DNA from: Nitrospirota bacterium
GTDB taxonomy: Bacteria; Nitrospirota; UBA9217
DNA length: 64,000 nucleotides
Reading direction: 5' to 3'
Assembly: GCA_963705595.1 (NCBI GenBank)
Contig: CAVPKD010000004.1
Span: 67,111-131,110 of the forward strand
Below the pieces are notes generated by a model. That model was not told the origin of the DNA and searched no databases. It saw only the letters and a program-made list of their open reading frames with translations. A program made the translations under genes and the position numbers. Positions 60,316 to 64,000 of this stretch are shown here, one piece after another (the stretch's first letter is position 1; each line of letters starts with the position of its first letter).

Positions 60316-60732
60316 ATGTTAAAGGCAAAGTGGTATCTCATAGCGGTTCTGATCGTGCTGACTACAATCATCGGATCACATATGGTTCACAGCCAAGTGG
60401 TTGCAATTCTGGAACACGAGAAAATGCATGTCAAATACGAAATTAATAAGGAGATTGAAAAGCAGAAAATTCTTAAAGCAATAATTGATTGCGAGTCGAG
60501 CAACCGGCACGTTGTCGGGACGTTGGCTAAAGTAGGAATAGACATCGGAAAATGCCAGATTAACACATACTGGCATGGAGAGAGGGCAGAGTCAATGGGT
60601 CTGAACCTGTACGATCCTGCGGATAACATGGAATACTGCCTGTATCTTTTTAAGACCGAAGGTGTGAAGCCATGGAGAAGCTCTCAAGCGTGCTGGCAGC
60701 AGGAACTGGAACAGGAGAATATAAATTTCTGA
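60316..60732 (+). CDS. Small membrane-anchored transglycosylase-like (Rpf/SLT-like) protein
   Basis: N-terminal TM helix. IIDCESSNRH...GIDIGKCQINTYWHG resembles the CES...GxxQ...W transglycosylase-like motif. GAAGGAG RBS. Confidence 0.6.
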   Translation: MLKAKWYLIAVLIVLTTIIGSHMVHSQVVAILEHEKMHVKYEINKEIEKQKILKAIIDCESSNRHVVGTLAKVGIDIGKCQINTYWHGERAESMGLNLYDPADNMEYCLYLFKTEGVKPWRSSQACWQQELEQENINF

Positions 60733-60791
60733 GAGGGGAGAGCTTTACTGCCACCAAATGTTGTAACGCTCGATGAAAATAAGGGGAAAAT

Positions 60792-60826
60792 GGGGTTTGG
60801 CTATGCAAACCCCCTGATTGTTTTTC
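60792..60826 (+). terminator. Possible rho-independent terminator
   Basis: GGGGTTTG-gctatg-CAAACCCC, then CTGATTGTTTTT. Confidence 0.45.
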
Positions 60827-61007
60827 TTGCCGCTTTGCAAAAAAATATCAGGACAGTATTAAATAACGAAAACAAACCGAAGCCCTGAAGGATGAATTGA
60901 TCGATCTTCTCTGTTTTGCTTTGCCCTGTATTCGAGAGGACCACGGCTCATAATCCGAAGATCGCCGAAGACTTTTGCCTAAATCCATAGGAAGATCAGG
61001 CAGTATG

Positions 61008-62423
61008 CTATTCTTTCAATATCTTTTCCGCTGCGATCTGCGCTTCGTGCACGCAGTCGCCGATGCCGATGCCTTTGTATGAGCAGCCGATAAGGTGCAG
61101 GCCAGGATGCGTGGCGAGAGACCGGTCGATCATGGATACCCGGTCGAGGTGTCCTACGGTATACTTCGGCATGCCCTTGATCCATCGATAGACCTTTGAG
61201 AACCGGGCAGATGCCTTGATGCCGACGATCGTATCCAGTTCTTCCAGAACCGTCTTCACCAGTCCGGCATCATCGAGCTCGTTCACCAGTTCTTCGTGAT
61301 GCCCGCCCCCGACGAAACCGCGAATGAGTATTTGATCATCAGGCGCGCGGAAGGACCACTTGGTGGAACTGTAGGTCGCCGCATTGATCCTCCTGCCTTC
61401 AATGCGCGGAACAATGAATCCGAATCCTTTAAGAGGGACCTTCACATCTTCCCTGCGGAAGGCGATTGAGACCGTAGCGGAGGTTGACCACGCGATTTTG
61501 CTCAGCTGCGCAGCGAGAGTCGGATCAAAACCCTTGATTATTTCAGCAGAATCGAATGACGCCGTTCCGAGCATGACATGATCGGCTTCAATCGTGTCGC
61601 CGTTTTCAAGAATCACGGCGTATCTTTTGCCGCGCGGTTCGACGGCCTTGACACCTGTGCCGAGCCTGATCGATTCTTTCCCGATATACTCGACACATTT
61701 ATCCGAGAGTGTCTGCATGCCATTCTTGAAGCTCATAAAGAAGGTCATCTTGGGCATGCCGGGCTTGGGTGGTGGTCCGCTCTGAGGCCGGGTCTTCATT
61801 GCTGAGAGCATGCCGCGGATGAGGCTGCCGCTTTTCTGTTCCATCTGGACAAAGCGCGGGAAAGTTGCAAGAACGCTCATGTTGTCGGGGTTCGAAGTGT
61901 GGATGCCGGCAACGAGTGGTTCCGCTATTTTCTCGAGGCATTCACGCCCCAGCCTGCGGGTCACAAACTCGGCGAGGCTCTCGTCTCCCCGAGTCCTTCG
62001 CTTTGGAATAAATATTTCCATTCCCATCCGGAGCTTGCCCGGCCAGGAGAGAAGCCTGGACTTCGCCATCGGCCAGAACATAGTCGGCACCATGAGCATC
62101 ACGCCATCGGGCAGCATGTGCAGCTGGTTCCTTGAATAGAGGTAAGTGCCCTTGAACTGGTCGTTCGTGGACATCATCTCGGATTCGAGTCCAAGATGAC
62201 GGGCGAGGTTCACGGTCCAGATCTTTTCTGGCAGGAAGCTGTCCGGACCGCCTTCGACGGTATAGGTGTCGATTTTATCGGTGATGATTTTGCCGCCGGC
62301 GCGTCTGTCCTTTTCGAGGAGCAGAACATCAACAGTCTTCCCGTGAGCCTTTGCCCCGGCTTTCAGATGTACGGCCGCAGCCAGGCCGGCAATTCCACCG
62401 CCTACAATAATGATTTTTGGCAT
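61008..62423 (-). CDS. hemY: Protoporphyrinogen/coproporphyrinogen III oxidase (HemY/CgoX type, FAD-dependent)
   Basis: MPKIIIVGGGIAGLAAA dinucleotide fold. 471 aa. Sits in an operon with hemH and hemE. Confidence 0.85.
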   Translation of the reverse strand: MPKIIIVGGGIAGLAAAVHLKAGAKAHGKTVDVLLLEKDRRAGGKIITDKIDTYTVEGGPDSFLPEKIWTVNLARHLGLESEMMSTNDQFKGTYLYSRNQLHMLPDGVMLMVPTMFWPMAKSRLLSWPGKLRMGMEIFIPKRRTRGDESLAEFVTRRLGRECLEKIAEPLVAGIHTSNPDNMSVLATFPRFVQMEQKSGSLIRGMLSAMKTRPQSGPPPKPGMPKMTFFMSFKNGMQTLSDKCVEYIGKESIRLGTGVKAVEPRGKRYAVILENGDTIEADHVMLGTASFDSAEIIKGFDPTLAAQLSKIAWSTSATVSIAFRREDVKVPLKGFGFIVPRIEGRRINAATYSSTKWSFRAPDDQILIRGFVGGGHHEELVNELDDAGLVKTVLEELDTIVGIKASARFSKVYRWIKGMPKYTVGHLDRVSMIDRSLATHPGLHLIGCSYKGIGIGDCVHEAQIAAEKILKE

Positions 62424-62577
62424 AGTTTAATTCCTTTTGGAAGCAGAATTGTGCAGAGTGATGCAGATAAAATAATAAATATATAAATTATAACTCGTTA
62501 TTCAGAGAATGGTTACATTTTTGTTTTCGTGAATTGTCAAAGACTTTCTTTTTATTTTGTCCACGTCCCATGACATA

Positions 62578-63474
62578 TCAAACCGCCTGCTTAACAATGT
62601 CAGCCAATGCCTTAATAAAGAGCGGCGAGGTGTTCAGGGACTCGGCACGATAGAACTCAATCCCTAGCTTTGCCGCGTGCGCCCGGTGCACGATGTCGAT
62701 ATCGTAAAGCGTCTCCATGTGGTCGCAGGTGAAACCTATCGGGACCTCGAGAACATACTTATACCCATCCTGAGCGATCTTATCCAGCGTAGGTTCCACT
62801 TCGGGCTCGATCCAGGGCTCGGTCGCCCGCGCCCCTTTGCTCTGCCAGGCTATGCGCCACAGGGTGATGTCAAGTCCGGCAACGACGAGCTTTACTGTCT
62901 CTTCGACCTGCCGCTTGTACGGATCACCCGCGGCAATGTACCGCACGGGGATGCTGTGGCTGGTAAAAACGACAACGACGTGCTTTTGCTGTTCCGGCCG
63001 AAAACGCTTAAGGCCGTCAGACAATCTCTCCTGCCAGGCTCTGATGAAAAGAGGGTTGTCGTGCCAGCTCGGAATGAAGAACGGACAGGTCTCTCCGCTT
63101 CCCAGTCCTTCACATGCGCTTCTATATGCCCCGGTCGTGACTTCAGTGGAAAAAGGCGACATTGAAAGGGCGATCACGCGCTGCGCGCCTTCCTTGATGG
63201 CCCGTTCAAACGATTCAGCAACCGTTGGCATCGAATACCGAAACCCCTCATAGGCCCGGCAACCGTTGCCGAGCTCCTGTGTCAGGGCGTCGGCCTGTGC
63301 CTTAACGAGCTCCGGCAGCGGTGACTTGCCGCCGATGAGCTTGTAGCGCTCGACCACGGCCTGGACAACGGGAGGAGGCGCCGGCCTCCCCATGAAGGCA
63401 GTCATGAAAGGACCGACTTCGTCAAGAGACCGCGGCCCGCCTAGGGCGATGAGTATGATTGCGGTATGAGACAT
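62578..63474 (-). CDS. hemH: Ferrochelatase (HemH/CpfC)
   Basis: TAIILIALGGP...; VVFTSHSIP; FTCDHMETLYDID. Internal ATG of ORF 62578..63570. Confidence 0.85.
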   Translation of the reverse strand: MSHTAIILIALGGPRSLDEVGPFMTAFMGRPAPPPVVQAVVERYKLIGGKSPLPELVKAQADALTQELGNGCRAYEGFRYSMPTVAESFERAIKEGAQRVIALSMSPFSTEVTTGAYRSACEGLGSGETCPFFIPSWHDNPLFIRAWQERLSDGLKRFRPEQQKHVVVVFTSHSIPVRYIAAGDPYKRQVEETVKLVVAGLDITLWRIAWQSKGARATEPWIEPEVEPTLDKIAQDGYKYVLEVPIGFTCDHMETLYDIDIVHRAHAAKLGIEFYRAESLNTSPLFIKALADIVKQAV

Positions 63475-63591
63475 GTAAATTAGCCGGACGCAGATGGACG
63501 CAGAAAAACCGGACAGGGATGTTATAAGTAATAAAGATAAGATGTAAACGTTAATCCGGAGTTTCAGCAAAAAGCTGCGTCCAAATGACGA

Positions 63592-64000
63592 TTACTTTTT
63601 GCTCAATTCATGCGTCGCATTGATGAACTCCGCAGCGTTCTCGAGCGGCGTTTGCTGCAGGATGCCGTGGCCCAGGTTCATGATGTGGCCGTTCCTGTCT
63701 CCTGCCCGGTCTAGGATCTCCTTGGTCCGTTTCCGGATGAACTCCTTGGAGCCGAAGAGCGAAACGGGGTCGAGATTGCCCTGCACGGCCTTGTCATATC
63801 CCACTCGCTTCCAGGCCTCGTCGAGATTGCAGCGCCAGTCAAGGCCGATCACATCGCCGCCGGCCTCGGCCACCATCTCAAGGAGGTGCGTTGCCCCATG
63901 GGCGAAGTGGATGAGCGGTACGGTCTTCTTGATACCGGCGATCACGTTCTTCTGGTGCGGCAGCACGAACTCGCGGTAGTCGCTCGGTCCGAGGGCGCCG
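63592..64000 (-). CDS. hemE: Uroporphyrinogen decarboxylase, C-terminal part (5' end beyond the window)
   Basis: ...GDVIGLDWR...VQGNLDP..LF...I......IL......GHIMNLGHGI. The frame stays open to the window edge. Confidence 0.85.
   Translation of the reverse strand, partial: GALGPSDYREFVLPHQKNVIAGIKKTVPLIHFAHGATHLLEMVAEAGGDVIGLDWRCNLDEAWKRVGYDKAVQGNLDPVSLFGSKEFIRKRTKEILDRAGDRNGHIMNLGHGILQQTPLENAAEFINATHELSKK

Overview
A 64-kb chromosomal segment from a diderm bacterium (LptD is present), read by eye from the sequence and ORF track with no searches run. The backbone is roughly 55-65% G+C and mostly housekeeping. It carries an IorAB-type oxidoreductase, mgtA, aroK, tag and dinG, then a cell-wall block (amidase, GerMN, murI, M23 peptidase), folC, lptD, cutA, csp and secA. 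It continues with glgA/galT, a pterin operon (PCD-SDR-folB-folK-folE) and a hemE-hemH-hemY operon.

Four things stand out.
1. A translationally coupled three-gene operon (10.3-12.9 kb). It encodes a histidine kinase, a response regulator whose output is a HEPN-like R-N-x3-H domain, and a MotB/OmpA-like membrane protein. This is my best candidate for an undescribed system.
2. An AT-rich glycosylation island of about 10.6 kb directly after secA (33.1-43.7 kb). It holds a GT2, a methyltransferase and three GT-C/ArnT-like transferases. Three diverged direct copies of one noncoding junction sequence partition it, and it contains a decayed N6-DNA-methylase fragment.
3. Other rearrangement scars. Decayed 3' ends of the radical-SAM gene and of dinG lie on the far side of inserted cargo, and a family of GC-rich multi-hairpin repeats is present.
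4. About 30 frameshifts confined to four patches (iorB, dinG, secA, 45.8-52.5 kb). Almost all are +1 (an extra base). I read these as sequence-quality artefacts rather than biology.

I saw no tRNA, rRNA, CRISPR array, transposase or integrase. Domain calls rest on motif recognition only, and indel positions are approximate (about +/-15 nt).
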